A stretch of 64,000 bases of DNA from Chiloscyllium plagiosum (GCF_004010195.1 NC_057728.1:49213065-49277064), one strand, 5' to 3'; positions 37,661 through 51,262 are shown, numbered from the stretch's first letter. The notes: generated from the letters alone by a model not told the origin. Numbers and translations are program-made.

Positions 37661-39074
37661 GAATGTGGTGGTGAGTTGACTTCTTGAATCTTTGCAGTCC
37701 TTGGAGTATAGCTACATTGTTATAATCCCAACTAATATTATCAGTGAACAAGTTAAATTGCAGGTTGAAATCTAGATTGATCATATTTCTTTTTGATTTT
37801 TGGTTTTAATGAGATGGCCCCTCACTGAAACATAAACAAAAATCTACAACATTGCATTCTTAACAATGAGATGTTTACTATACAAAACAAATGAAGATAA
37901 AGCAGAATTTTACTCTTAACACCAGTTTAAATATTTCAAATCAAATGTTAAAAATACAATGCTAATAATTCCTGTAGCATTCTGTTACGAGACTTGAAGC
38001 TACAGCAAAGGCAAACCCTAGAGTAGGGCAGTATCTGGTTTTCATGTCTTAAGCATGAGCATCTGGTAATGAATCAAGGAATACATTATATAACAGAGTT
38101 TAAACTTTCGCAGCTTCAAATAACCTCTTCACGCTTTTAAGCAAATACTTCTTGTCTGAAACTTTTACCAACCTCATTATAATTGTTCAAAATAGTTTCT
38201 TAGTATAAACTATCCTTTTATTTTCTCAAGAACATTGTTTTATACATATAGCTTTAGCCGAGAGCCCTGCAGAACTGCCCAAAGGGACTTTTTAAAAAAA
38301 AAAAATCCCTATTTTTCAAAGCTGTAGGGGCTTTTCCTAAACCCACCCCCCATTTAAAATCAGAATCTTCTATCTGGAAACTTAATGTGCTACATTGTTT
38401 ATTCCATGGTCTCCCAATGTGAACAAATTCCAACTACCCTTCAAAAGTATATCTCTCAAACATTTTAAAGCATCGTTAAAAATAACAACAGCAGAAAACT
38501 TTCTTTTCCTGTCCATTCACTTCCGTTCAACACCTTAAATTACAATTATAGCAGAGTGTTAGGCAATTAATATCTATCGCTTTCATACGATGGAGAACAC
38601 GCCAATGACATTGTGCAGTGGAATAAAGCAGTCAATAGAAAATTGTCACCTGGTCTCCATTCCTTTGATTTGAATTGAACAGCATAAGAGTTTGAGCCAC
38701 CTATTTTATTTCCCTCCCCATCTGACTCTGAGATTTGTGGATTAAAGTTCCACTCTAACCTATAGTATAATTTCAACTCAGTCATTTAAGTTTAAGGTGT
38801 CAAATCAAGGTCTCATCTATCTGTTCAGGTGGTGAAAAAAAAACTGAGTGGAAGTTTGAGCAGTATGTCTCCAGATCCTAATCCTCATCACCACCGCTAC
38901 AAATAAATCTCCACTTCAATAATTCCCCCTCAAACAAACCCAAAGACCTACAGATACTGGAAATTTAGAAACAAAAACAGAAATTGCTTGCAAAAACACA
39001 GCAAGTCTGCCAGTATTTATGGAGAGAAAGCAGAGTTGAAATTTCAGGTGCAGTGACTTCTTCAGAACTCTTCA

Positions 39075-39725
39075 GCCACCTTTGTGTGCATATCCATAGA
39101 TGCTTGAAGGCAGCAGGACAGGTGGATAAGATGGTTAAGAAGGCACATGGGATGGTTGCCTTAAGGCATTGAATACAAGATCAGGGAGGTTCTGATGGAT
39201 CTGTATATAACATTAATTAGGCCACATACTGGAATACTGCATGCAGTTCTGGTTGTGGCACTATAGGCAGGATGTAATTGCACTAAGCAGGATGCAGAGG
39301 AGAATCACCAGGATGTTGCCCAAACCGGAGCATTTTAGGTCTGAAGAGAGACTTGATAGGCTGTGGTTATTTTCTTTATAGCACAAAAGGCTCAGGGGGA
39401 TCTGACTGAAGTATCTATATTTAGCATAAGGCAAAATAGACAGGGAGAAATATTTCCACTTCAGGTCAATAACTAGGGAGCACTGCTTAAGATAAGAAAC
39501 AAGAGGCTTAGAGGGAGTTTGAGGAAAATTCCTTTCATGTTGGCATCTGGAATTCACTGCCAAAAGGGTCTTCGAGGCAGGAGCCCTTAAGACATTTAAT
39601 GTTTAATATTTAGATAAACATTTAAAACACCGTAGCATGTAAGGTTTCAGGCCGAAAGCTGAAAATGGAATTAGAATTATAGATGAACCCTTGATGACTA
39701 CAGATGCAATGGACCTTTCTGCTGT
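39075..39725 (+). mobile_element. old CR1 3' fragment
   Basis: degenerate VDKMVKKAHG and LEYCMQFW coding remnants. Confidence 0.7.
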
Positions 39726-40861
39726 AAAAATGAGGACTCCTTAACTCTATTTGTTCAAAGCAGTGAAAGGTGCTATACAAATGAACATTCTTTCTTTGCT
39801 AACGAGTTTTCAGGGTTTTAATGTGGCTGCAATGAAGGAATTTATTATTATAGTTCAGGTAGATACCGAGAGACTTGATAAGGTGTGATTGAAATGCAAG
39901 CTCTATTTATCCTTCCCTGACCTGTACGTATTGACAAAAAACAGTGCTATTGGATAAAGAAATTTAATATTTGGGTAACTTTATATTCCAGCAGAGAGTT
40001 ACCAGTTATTGATAATTTTGGTAAAGATTAGAGGATAACATTGCTGCTTGGAGTTTATAAATCCTAGCTGTGAAAAGGACAATTTGTTTTCTGACTACGA
40101 TAGCTGTATTCACAGGATACAGCGTCCTTGAGCTCCATCTTCTGGTTAAACTGGTGAAGACTGGGTAGCATTTGCTCCCACTCACTGGCCATGGTGTACA
40201 AATCCTTCAGTGAGGTAACTTGGTGACTTTGCCATCAAATATTACCTTTTGGAGCCACAGCTAGTCAATCTTCCAGATGCTGTCCAATTCCAGACTCTAA
40301 CATCATTATGTTTAAAGAAAAGTTGATTTCTGAAACACCTTTCACAACCCCAAGTCATCCCAAAGTGCTTTGGAGCCAATTGTCAGAATGGATAGGATGT
40401 TAATTTAATATATGAAAAACTACCTTAAACTGTTCAGGATTCTACTGCACTGTGTGGGTTAGCCGGAAGTTGCATATATTTCATCACCTCAGGCTATTCC
40501 AAAGCAAGTTAGACCCAGTTAGATGTGTTTTGAGTTTCTTGTTGAAAGGAGATACATACTGTTGAAGCTCTTCATCTCCCACTCATCAGTGCAAATACAG
40601 GATTGTCAAATTTCAAGTGATCTGCAAAGCAATTAATATCTAAATGCAACTTCTACTGCAGCAGAAAAGGATTGCTTGGCAAATTGACTCTGGTCATGGT
40701 GTTGCCATGGAGAAAGGAGCAGTGAAGTATAAGCTTTCCAGTCTCCTAGATAATTCAAAAAGACACAAGGTTTTTAATATTCCTTTTGTTTGCAGACTGT
40801 ATGTCCCTGGACGTGAATATATGTTGCTCTAGGAAGTATAAATGAACCACGTTGGAAGCTC

Positions 40862-42407
40862 AGTTGATAAGTCCCCTGGGCCGGATGGGATTTATCCTAG
40901 TATCCTCTGGGAAGCCAGGGAGGAGATTGCCAAGCCTTTGGCATTGATCTTTAAATCGTCATTGTCTACAGGAATAATGCCAGAAGACTGGAGGATAGCA
41001 AATGTGGTTCCCCTGTTCAAGAAGGGGAGTAGAGACAACCCAGGTAACTATAGACCAGTGAGTCTTACTTCAGTTGTTGGTAAAGTGTTGGAAAAGGTTA
41101 TAAGATATAGGATTTATAATCATCTAGAAAAGAATAATTTAATTAGGGATAGCCAGCACGGTTTTGTGAAGGATAGATCGTGCCTCACAAACCTTTTATT
41201 GAGTTCTTTGAGAAGGTGACCAAACAGGCAGATGAGAGTAAACTGGTTAATGTGGTGTATATGGGTTTCAGCAAGGCGTTTGATAAGGTTCCCCACAATA
41301 GGCTATTGTACAAAATATGGAAGAATGGGATTGTGGGAGATATAGCAGTTTGGATCAGTAATTGGCTTGCTGAAAGAAGACAGAGGGTGGTGGTTGATGG
41401 GAAATGTTCATCCTGGAGTCCATTTACTAGTGGTGTACTGCAAGGGTCGGTGTTGGGTCCATTGCTGTTCGTCATTTTTATAAACGACCTGGATGAGGGC
41501 GTAGAAGGGTGGGTTAGTAAATTTGCAGACGACACTAGGGTCGGTGGAGTTTGGATAGTGACGAAGGATGTTGTAGGTTACAGAGAGACATAAGCTGCAG
41601 AGCTGGGCTGAGAGGTGGCAAATGGAGTTTAATGCGGACAAGTGTGAGGTGATTCACTTTGATCGGAGTAACCAGAATGCAAAGTACTGGGTTAATGGGA
41701 AGATTCTTGGTAGTGTAGATGTGCAGAGAGATCTTGGTGTCCATGTACACAGATCCTTGAAAGTTGCCACCCAGGTTGACCGGGTTGTTAAGAAGGCAAA
41801 CAGTGTTTTAGCTTTTATTAATAGGGGGATCGAGTTCCGGAACCATGAGGTTATGCTACAGCTGTACAAAACTCTGGTGCGGTCGCACTTGGAGTATTAT
41901 GTACAGTTCTGGTTACTGCATTATAAGAAGGATGTGAAAGCTTTGGAAAAGGTGCAGAGGAGATTTACTAGGATGTTGCCTGGTATGGAAGGAAGGTCTT
42001 ACGAGGAAATGCTGAGGGACTTGAGGCTGTTTTCATTGGAGAGAAGAAGGTTGAGAGGTGACTTAATAGAGACATACAAGATAATCAGAGGGTTAGATAG
42101 GGTGGACAGGAAGAGCCTTTTTCCAAGTACGGTGACGGGGAGCACGAGGGGGCATAACTTTAAACTGAGGGGTGATAGATATAGGGCAGATGTCAGAGGT
42201 AGTTTCTTTACTCCGAGTAGTAAGGGTATGGAATGCTTTGCCTGCAACGGTAGTAGATTCGCCAACTTTAAGTACATTTAAGTTGTCAATAGACAAGCAT
42301 ATGGACGTACATGGAATAGTGTAGGTTAGATGGGCTTCAAATTGGTATGACAGGTCGGCACAACATCGAGGGCTGAAGGGCCTGTACCACACTGTAATGT
42401 TCTATGA
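40862..42407 (+). mobile_element. 5'-truncated CR1/HER1-type LINE
   Basis: [50 protein letters not shown] tail. Confidence 0.93.
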
Positions 42408-42570
42408 TTATCCTGAATTGGTTTTTAGTGTAGGTACTAGTGCATTCAGGATTATTCATTAAGTACTACACAAACAATGGAATCATGTCTAGCAGTAATG
42501 ATTTTGTTTTGGTTTTTATATAAACACAGGCTGGTTGAGAGTACAGTCTGTGCTCTGCCTTGTATGAACA

Positions 42571-42812
42571 GAAGCAAAAACAGAAATTGCTGGAAAAGCT
42601 CACCAGGTCTGGCAGCATCTGCAGAGAGAAATCAGAGTTAACGTTTTGGATCTAGTGACCCTTCCTCAGAACTGGTTCCTGTTCTGAGGAAGGGTCACGC
42701 GACCTGAAATGTTAACTCTGATTTCTCCCCACAGATGCTGCCAGATCTGCTGAGCTTTTCTAGCAATTTGTTTTTGTTTCTGATTTACAGTCTCTGCAGT
42801 TCTTCTGGTTCT
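42571..42812. mobile_element. palindromic non-autonomous Penelope-derived element (second family; also ~15950-16110, 46030-46190, 55362-55567)
   Basis: ~100-bp inverted arms around the 8-nt spacer 42673-42680; flanked by TATGAA(C/T)A. Confidence 0.8.
42681..42717 (+). ncRNA. minimal hammerhead-like motif (CpG-decayed)
   Basis: GTT-CTGAGGA-AG-GGTC-ACGC-GACC-T-GAAA-TGTT-AAC; helix I GTT/AAC. Confidence 0.5.
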
Positions 42813-43463
42813 TATGAATAGGATCATGCTGTTTGATTTGATCAGCTAATTTTGAGTGAAGTTAAAAATAGATGCCAGAATTAAAAATATTCTCAGATGT
42901 GCGCACACAAATCTGTGAGATTTCAAATGAGCTACAGAGCTGATAATGCCGGTGGAAAACTTCCTATCATGTCGTCAGCAACTCTTCCCTTCTCTTCTAT
43001 TTACCAGAAGGTCATGTTGTGATGACCAATCGTTAAAATAAAAATTACAACATAGAAACAGTCCATTCAGCCCAACTGCATTGTACTGGCATTTCTGAAC
43101 ATGTGCCTTGCCCTGGGCCTATCCTGCCTGAAACTATTTCCAATTTAAAAACTTTATGCTCTTTAAGTACAGCAACCTTTAATCTGAAAGTTCACAATTT
43201 ACTTTATCTAGTATTGTTAGAAGTTGTTAAATTCTATTGTTGCTTTGTATTAGAAAGTAACTCACAAATATAAAGGTGATATATTTTCAAATAAGATTGG
43301 CTTTATTAAATGTGGTTTTGATAGGTACATTTATTGCACTATCACGGTTCTCAGGTACTAACGAAAATGCAGTTCTCACAATCCCATCCAACAGCTGGAG
43401 TAGACATCGCTGCCCAGTTCACCTTTACAAGTCAACTCTTCAGATGGGATAATCACTAGCATT

Positions 43464-43749
43464 CATGAACAGAAGCAAAAACAGAAATTCCTAGAAACGT
43501 GGCATTCCAACCGGAACTCAGTCAACAAACACATTTGAGTTCGACTCCATCTACCACCCCCTGAGAAAAGGAACCGGAAGTGACTTCACCACAGTAAATG
43601 ACATCATCAACCCAAAGGAACCCCAAACATATAAATAAAAAGCAGGAATTTTCAGCATTGCCTCGCATGAGGTCCACTGAAGATATTACCTAGTAAGGTA
43701 TCAAAACATCTGGAAATGAACCTTTCTGCTTAGCGAGCAAACCTACACC
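43464..43749 (+). mobile_element. 5'-truncated Penelope-like element with 10-bp TSD
   Basis: FLETWHSNRNSVNKH (PLE endonuclease C-terminus); degenerate hammerhead at 43673-43714; TSD CACTAGCATT at 43454-43463 / 43750-43759. Confidence 0.75.
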
Positions 43750-46379
43750 CACTAGCATTTGTTGTCCATCTAAACTACCCTTGGGTGACCTATTGCAGTC
43801 CATCTAAGTTTTTGATCAGCACCAGTGAAGGAATGGTGATATATTTCCAGGTCAGGATGGTGTGTGACTTCCAGAGGAACCTGCTGGGGGTGTCCCCAAG
43901 CATCTGCCAACCCTTCTCAGGGGAGAAAGAATAGGTGTAGGGATTGGCTGTTGAAGAAGCCTAACAAGACGCTTCAGCCTAAACATTAATGTCATCGACT
44001 GCAATTATGTAATATCCTCTCTGAACCTATTTCACGCATGGAACCTATTTCACGCATCGACATTCTGGTCGATACTGACACTCGACTGAGCTCCAAGTTT
44101 TTTTTTAGATATTTTAATATTTTATCCCTGATTTTAACCCAATTTTCCCAGTGGCAAGGTGTTTGGGCTTGAGTTGGACATCCAACAAATGGATTCAGAC
44201 TCCACTGACCTGATTTGGATTAAATGGTGTTTGCCACTCATGAAGTTCAAATTGAGACCATTTTTTGCAAACTATTTGAAATCAAACCTTTGTGGAGCTG
44301 TATGGAAGTAACTTGAATAAGTAAGGGGAGTCTAATTTATTCACCTTCACCTGAATAGGATTAAAACACAGCACTCAATGCTGTCTAAGTTTTACAAATA
44401 AATAGTCATGGAGAAAATTTGTTTAATGTACAAAGTAAATGTAATCAATTTTTGCAGAAATTTACACAGAGGCTATTCACCCCATTGTGCCTACATCAAT
44501 ACTAGTCCTTCAGTGGAATGTATGTACTGTAACATTCCCATTTGCCTGTAACTTCATATTCTTGCTTTCCAAATATTTATTTAATTATTTCTTTCATAAT
44601 GTTGGAGTCTCTTTAATAGCTCAGCAAAGCATTCTATGTCTTGTAATAACTAATACATGGGTGCTGAATCCTTAACTTTGGGTTCTAGAATACACTAGCA
44701 CCACAGAGTATACATGGCACAAATAATATTTAAATTCAAATCTTTATTTATGTGCATCTATGAAGCAAATACTACATCAGCCATGAAACCCAAACCCACT
44801 GAGTCAGCAGGACTGAACCTGGGCTTTTCAGTAGCAAATTGTCAATGGTTTGAGTGAGGGACTGGGTAGAAGAAAATGGGGAGCAGACAGGAGGGTGAGA
44901 AAGCATCTGTGAGAAGTAGGGGATAGGAAAGAGAAGAGGCAGGGGAGAAGAGGTGTTGAGAGAGGGTGGAAGGGGAGAGATGAGTGGAGGGAGAAAGGGG
45001 TTGGTACCTGGTGTGATGTTGCCTGATACCCTGCACAAGTCTAAAGCAAAAAGTCACGAAAATCCCCCTGAAACCTCCGGAGATAATATTGAAGAGAATC
45101 ACATACATTCTAGAGTTAAATATTTTCCCAGATCTGCGCGCATGGAATAGTGCTGTTTCTGGTGACCTACAGATCTGCTTAGGCAGATGGAAATCTGCCT
45201 GTCCGAGTGTCAGCAACTTTATTTTTCTGTTGTGTCAATTGGTTCCATTTACACGAAGGTCAGTTTTAAAATAAAAAATACCTTCAGTGCTTGTGGGTAT
45301 CCTGCGAAGGCCAACAACTGTCGCCCATTCGTTGTTGCTCTGAGAAGATGGTAGTGAGCTGCCTCCTTCAATCACTGCAATCTAATGTGGCAGAGAGAGG
45401 GACCAACATGCATCCAGGAGGGAGTTGCATGTTTTTGACCCAGAGACCGTGAAGGAATAGTGATTGTGTTACAAGGCAGGATGGAATGGCTTGGAGGGGA
45501 ACTTGCAAATGGTGATTTTTTTTGCCTCTGTCCTTCAAGGTGGTTGAAATCATGTGCTTTGGAAGGCCAGTTAGCTAAATTGAGGCTCTCGGAATAGTGC
45601 TTGCATTTTAAAAACAAACTTGGCTTCAGGACAGAGAGGTTGTGGTAAATGCTTATTTTTCAGACTGGAGAATGGTGCAATGCTGGCCTTATACTTCTAG
45701 ATGATAGATGTTGCAGGTTTGGAATGCACTGTTAAATGAACATTAACTTGTTACCGCTCTGAATCTTATAAATGGTATTTCTACAATGCTGCCACTGTGT
45801 CCTGGTAGTGGATGGATGTAATATTGAAGTTGGTAGTTGGGATGCTAATGAAGTGGATTGCTTTCATCTGGATGGTGTCAAGTTTCTTGAGTGTTGTTGG
45901 AGCTGCACTCATCCAGGCAAGAGGGGAGTTATCCATCAAACTTTTCACTTCAGCATTGTAGTTAGTGAACAGAATTTGGGGAATCAGGGCATGAGTTACT
46001 CTGTGCAGGACTCATAGCCTCCGAATAAAGACCAAAAGAACTGCGGTAGAAGAAAGCAAACAAAAACAGCAATTACAGGTCCAGCAACATCTGCAGACAG
46101 AACTCCGTTATCATTTCAGGTCCAGAGACCCTTCCTCAGAACTGATGACAGCTAGGAAACTTCCCTGCTGAGCATTTCTGGCAATTTCTGTCATTTCACC
46201 CAAAATAACTTTATTCTGTGCAACTGGAGAGATGGTGGTTTAGTGCTAACATCACTGGATGTAATGTGGAATCAAGGTAAGAAAGTGGAGATGAGGATTA
46301 TCTGATCAGTCATAGTCTTATGGAATGGTGATGCAGAGTTGGTGGGCTGACTGGCCTACTTCTGCTCCTGTCTTATGAT

Positions 46380-46650
46380 ATGGGGAGTGAGATAAAGGTA
46401 TCAAGGGTATGGGGATATTGGAGTAAGATTAGGTAGGCTTATGGGGGTGTGACGAGGGAGGAGTGAGGTCAGGAGTGAATGGGTTATGGGAGTATTGGGG
46501 TAAGAAGGAAGTACAAGAGGGTGGAGTATGGAAAATGAACAGTAAGGGGGTATTGAAGTAAGCAAAGTGTCAAATGTGGGATATGAGGCTATGGGGAAAG
46601 GGATGGGGAGTGGCACATGAGGTAGGGAGTGTGGGGGAATAGGGTATAAA
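46380..46650. repeat. G/purine-rich low-complexity tract (similar tracts at ~44860-45000 and 47980-48200)
   Basis: compositional bias only. Confidence 0.5.
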
Positions 46651-47413
46651 AGTGCATATGTGGGACTGTTTAGACACCCTAGTTTTGAAAAACATGAAAA
46701 ATAAGCTAACAGCTACTGCATTTAAAAATGAATGCTTTGATTTTACAAGAACATGCACTTGACACATTGACTTTGAACATTTAACACAGTGTCTATAAGC
46801 CGCGAGTCATGTTTCCACTGTTTCCTGGTCTGCTGTATTGTTGAGTGAATGGATTATGTTGCCACGATGGTTCCCATACTGGCTCTGAGTGATTCATTTC
46901 CTAATCTTGTTTCCCGATCTCTCCATTGCACTAACACTGTGCTCTGACATAATATTGGCATGACTTACCATTAGACCACTGCTGTAATCATAATTGGAAA
47001 AAAAATTAACACTGCATACTTTGGGATCTAGATTTTACTTTTCATTATTTTAGTTAAAGTATCAGCCATGACTCGGTGGATATGATGATTCTAAGATGGA
47101 TTCACAGAAGTAATATTAACTAAGATTTGAAGCACAGGGAGAAGATATTAAAACTGATCTTGGTGATAGGTTTAAGGAGAATCTTCAAGAAACAATGAAA
47201 AGTTAAGAATCTTAGTAACGGCTTTCCAGAGGGAACCGCAAACCTGAACACTAAGAATGGAGCCATTAAAATTAGGGTTGTGCAGAAGTGGAGCAACTTC
47301 GTGACTGCAGAGGGGGTTGGCGCTGGAGCTGACTTCTGAGATGGCCAGGGGTGAGATCATAAGGTCTTTGAAATGCACACTAAAATGGAAAGCTGAAAAA
47401 TTGGTATTTCTAA

Positions 47414-47697
47414 CTATTTACCTTTCTCCTTTTTGGTGTAGGATTTCATAAATGGAATGTAATGGAACTCTGCATTCTTATCCAAATCGTAAGCTGCCAG
47501 CAATTTATCAACCTCTGCAGGCAGCAGGCTCCACTTCAGAGTCATACACAGTGCCTGAATGTCTCTGAAAGGCACTCTCCCAGTACCATGTGGATCTCGT
47601 GCCTTAAGGACTGACTTTAGGTCATTCCAATGTTTAACAACGTCACGTCGTAATTTCTTCTGGATGTGGGCGACCGGGTTTTTCTGCCCGTCCTTTT
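47414..47697 (-). CDS. multi-EF-hand protein (EFCAB6-like), last coding exon
   Basis: pyrimidine tract + catag| acceptor, phase 1; ...HWNDLKSVLKARDPHGTGRVPFRDIQALC...LLAAYDLDKNAEFHYIPFMKSY..., an EF-hand pair; ends in a stop. Confidence 0.85.
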
Positions 47698-50161
47698 CTA
47701 TGTGGGATAGATCAGAATACAGGATCAGAGACAGAAATAGAAAACACACGTCCAACTTTGATGGCTTGATAAACTTATCTTAAAAACCTGAAACCAGAGT
47801 TTATTCTTGGGAAAGAGGGGGAAAGAATAACAGCTCACAGCAACCCTGCAGATAGAGGCCATTTGGCCTATCGAGTCTGCACTGACCCCCTCCAAAGAGG
47901 ATTTAATTCCGCCATTCCCAGAAACTGTTAAATATGATTAAAGGTATAGACAGTTAATGCTGGAAATGGAAATACAGAGACAGTGTGAGGGGAGCAGTGG
48001 GTAAGTTCTGGGGTGGGAAGATGTGGGGCAATGCTAGGAGTGGGGGTGAGGAACTGTGATGGGGGGAGGTGTTGTGGGTTTATACTAGGAGGAGCGGTGG
48101 GTAGGTGTGGCTGGGGCAGGAGTGTGGGCTGGATCTGAGTGATGAGAGTGGAGGTTAGGAAGGTGTGAGCTGCTGCTGATTAGGAGTGGGGTTTGATGAT
48201 CCGTAATTGAGATGAAGCCAGTTGGGTGTTGAAACCTCTGGGGTTCAACTGCCTTTCTTACCACATTCCTGGTCCAAACCTCCCTTATCCTTAGCTATTT
48301 CAATGTCATCAATTATACCAGTCTGATGAAAGGTTAATTTGCTTTCTCTCTTGGCACTTGCTTCCATGATTTGCTGAGTATTTTCAGCATTTTCTGTTTC
48401 TATTTAATTCCTTCTCAAGTCCCATTCTTTCGTTACTAAGCTCATTTTACTATTTCATCACCATTCAGTGGTTTAATCATGTCTATCTCCCACTTCATCA
48501 CTCCCCTCCCCTTGATGTTCTCTGCACTTACTCCAAATCTGGTCCTATCTATCTTTGTCCAGTTCTGACGCAAGATCATCAACTGAAATGTTCATCCTGT
48601 TTCTCTCTCCGCTGATACTGCTAGACCTACTGACTATTTCTCACACTTCCTACTTCTGTGTCAGCTCTGGCTAAGAGTGACTCGGTGGTTTACAAAAATG
48701 ATGAGGTTTTTCCTGGCGGAAGGCAGCTCCTGGCACCCTTTATCCATACTCTGTAATCCAAGGGGCTAGTTTCCAACCCACGTTAGGTTATTGTTTCTGC
48801 TGTGAATACAATCTTAAACTGCCTCAGCAAGAAGCTCACACAAGTTGCATTTCATAACAGCGGCTAATCTTTCTTGGGATGCAAAGCTTGCCCTGACAGG
48901 ACATACTGATTTGAATAGGCCTGTGTTCCATGGTGTTTGGAAGAATGGGATTGGATGCTATGGAAATCAGTCAAATTCTTTTGAGAACTGAGCACAGTTA
49001 ATGTGGAGAGGATGTCTCCTCTGGTTGAATAAGGTACAATCAGTGGTCATAGGATAAAGGTTCAGCAATTAAGGGCTGGGAGGAGGAGGGATTTCTTCAC
49101 TCTGCAGATTGTGAAGTGTTGGTATTCTTTACTTGTTTTGGCAGGGTTGGTAGATGCTCAACCATTGAGTATAGCTGAGACAGAGGTCAATAGATGTTTG
49201 GATACCTGGAGAATCACAAACCTTTTCAAATGTTGTAATTATACCTCCGCACACCGCTCATTCCATAATTCAAATCACCCTCTGCTTGAAAACGTTGCCC
49301 CACAGGCCTTTTTAAAATATTTCCCCTTTCTCCTTAAAACTATGTTCTCTAGTTTTGGTCCCGCCCGCCCGCCCCGGGGAAGAGACCTTGGTTATTCACC
49401 CTATCCATGCTTCTCATGATTTTATAAACCCCTTTACGGTCACCCTTCAGCCTCTGACACGCCAGGGGAAAAAAGCCCCAGCCTATAAAGCCTCTCTCTA
49501 AAGTTCAAACTCTCCAACCCCAGCAACATTCTTGTGAATCTTCTTTGCATCTTCTCAAGTTTCACAACATCTTTCCCATAGCAGGAAGACCAGAATTGAA
49601 CGCAGTATTCCAAAAGTAGCCTCACTAATGTCCAATAGAACAGCAACATGAAGCCCAACTCCTATGATCAGTGTTCTGATCAATGAAGGCAAGTGTGCCA
49701 AATGCCGCCTTCACCACTCTGTCTACCTGCAACTCCACTTTCAAGGAACACCTGTACCCTTATGTCTCTTTGCTCGGCAACACTGTATACGTCCTGCCCT
49801 GATTTTCCCAAACAAAATGCAATACCTCACATTTATCTAAATTAAACTCCATGCGCCATTCCTCAGCCCATTGGCTCATCTGATCAAGGTCCTGTTGTTC
49901 TCTGAGATAATCTTCTTCACTGTCCACTACACCACTTATTTTGGTGTCATCTGCAAACTGACTAACCACGCTTCCTATATTCACATTCAAATCGTTGATA
50001 TAAATGATGAAAAGCAGTGGACCCAGCACTGATCCTTGAGGCATGCTGCTGGTGACAAGCCTCCAGTCTGAGAAGGAACTCTCTACCATTGCACTCTGTC
50101 TCCTACCTTCAAACCAATTTTGCATCCAATTGGCTAGCTGCCCTGGATCCCATGTGATCTA

Positions 50162-50446
50162 GAGTCTAGATTAGAGTGGTGCTGGAAAAGCACAGCAGGT
50201 CAGGCAGCATCCGAGGAGCAGGAAAATTGACGTTTCGGGCAAAAGCCCTTCATCAGGAATAGAGGCAGGGTACCTGCAGAGTATCTCTCCACTCTGCAGG
50301 CACCCTGCCTCTATTCCTGATGAAGGGCTTTTGCCCAAAATGTCGATTTTCCTGTTCCTCGGATGCTGCCTGACCTGCTGTGCTTTTCCAGCACCGCTCT
50401 AATCTAGACTCTGGTTTCCAGCATCTGCAGTCCTTGTTTTTATCTT
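50162..50446. mobile_element. palindromic non-autonomous Penelope-derived element
   Basis: ~120-bp inverted arms (50161-50282 / 50291-50412) with an 8-nt spacer; 14-bp TSD TCCCAT(G/A)TGATCTA. Confidence 0.85.
50224..50260 (-). ncRNA. minimal type I hammerhead-ribozyme-like motif
   Basis: CTGATGA-A-GGGC-TTTT-GCCC-GAAAC-GTC; core intact, helix I poorly paired. Confidence 0.55.
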
Positions 50447-51128
50447 TCCCATATGATCTAACCTTAATAAACAGTCTATTATCAGAACCTTGTCAAATCT
50501 TTTCTGAAGTCTGTATAGACAACATCTACGGCTCTACCTTCATCAATCTTCTTTGTCACCTCTTCAAAAAACTCAATCAAGTTAATGAGACACGAATACC
50601 CATGCACAATGCCATATTGACTATCCCTAATAAGTCCTTGCCTTTCCAAATGCGTGTAATTCCCTGTCCCTCAGAATCCCCTCCAACAACCTACCCACCA
50701 CTGACGTAAGGCTCACCAGTCTATAGTTCTCTGGCTTTTCCTAACAGCCTTTCTTAAACAATGGCACCACATTAGCCAAGCTCCAGTCTTCCGACACCTC
50801 ACCTGTGGCTATCAATGATACAAATATCTCAGCAAGGGCAATCTCTTCCCTAGCACCTGGATGGGTATATAAATAGGAAGGGTTTAGAGGGATATGGGAC
50901 TAAGTCAGATTGGAATGTCTGGTCAATACAGATAAGTTGGACCAAAGGATCTGTTCCCATGCTGTGTGACCCTATGTAACAGGGACACGATGGGAAGGTG
51001 CAGCTGAAGTAGATATATTTAGGCATAATATCAATGGTGGAGCAGGCACAAGGGGCTGAATGGCCTACTCCTGTTCCTAATTCTTATCTTCAATTTAAAT
51101 TATCAGAAAAGTACAAAGTTTCACCAAC

Positions 51129-51262
51129 CTGAGTCCTTCACCTTTTTCATTCTGCTGAAATGCCGAAGGAATTTTCTCAATGAAATAGCTTCTGCTGGGT
51201 AACTGATTGGCAAGCTGTACCATAGCTTTTCCAGTTCCATGGGGAGAAGGATTACTTTCATT
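51129..51262 (-). CDS. EFCAB6-like gene, coding exon
   Basis: ctttag|...TCAG|gttggt; 134 nt, phase 2-1, compatible with both neighbours; MKVILLPMELEKLWYSLPISYPAEAISLRKFLRHFSRMKKVKDS. Confidence 0.75.

Larger units (their letters stand above)
49223..50856 (-). mobile_element. CR1 LINE fragment, interrupted by the palindromic element at 50162-50446
   Basis: [35 protein letters not shown] on -. Confidence 0.88.

Noticed and set aside
44023..44057. Tandem duplication of GAACCTATTTCACGCAT (17 bp, 18-nt period)
   Set aside because: An ordinary slippage-type duplication with no functional context.
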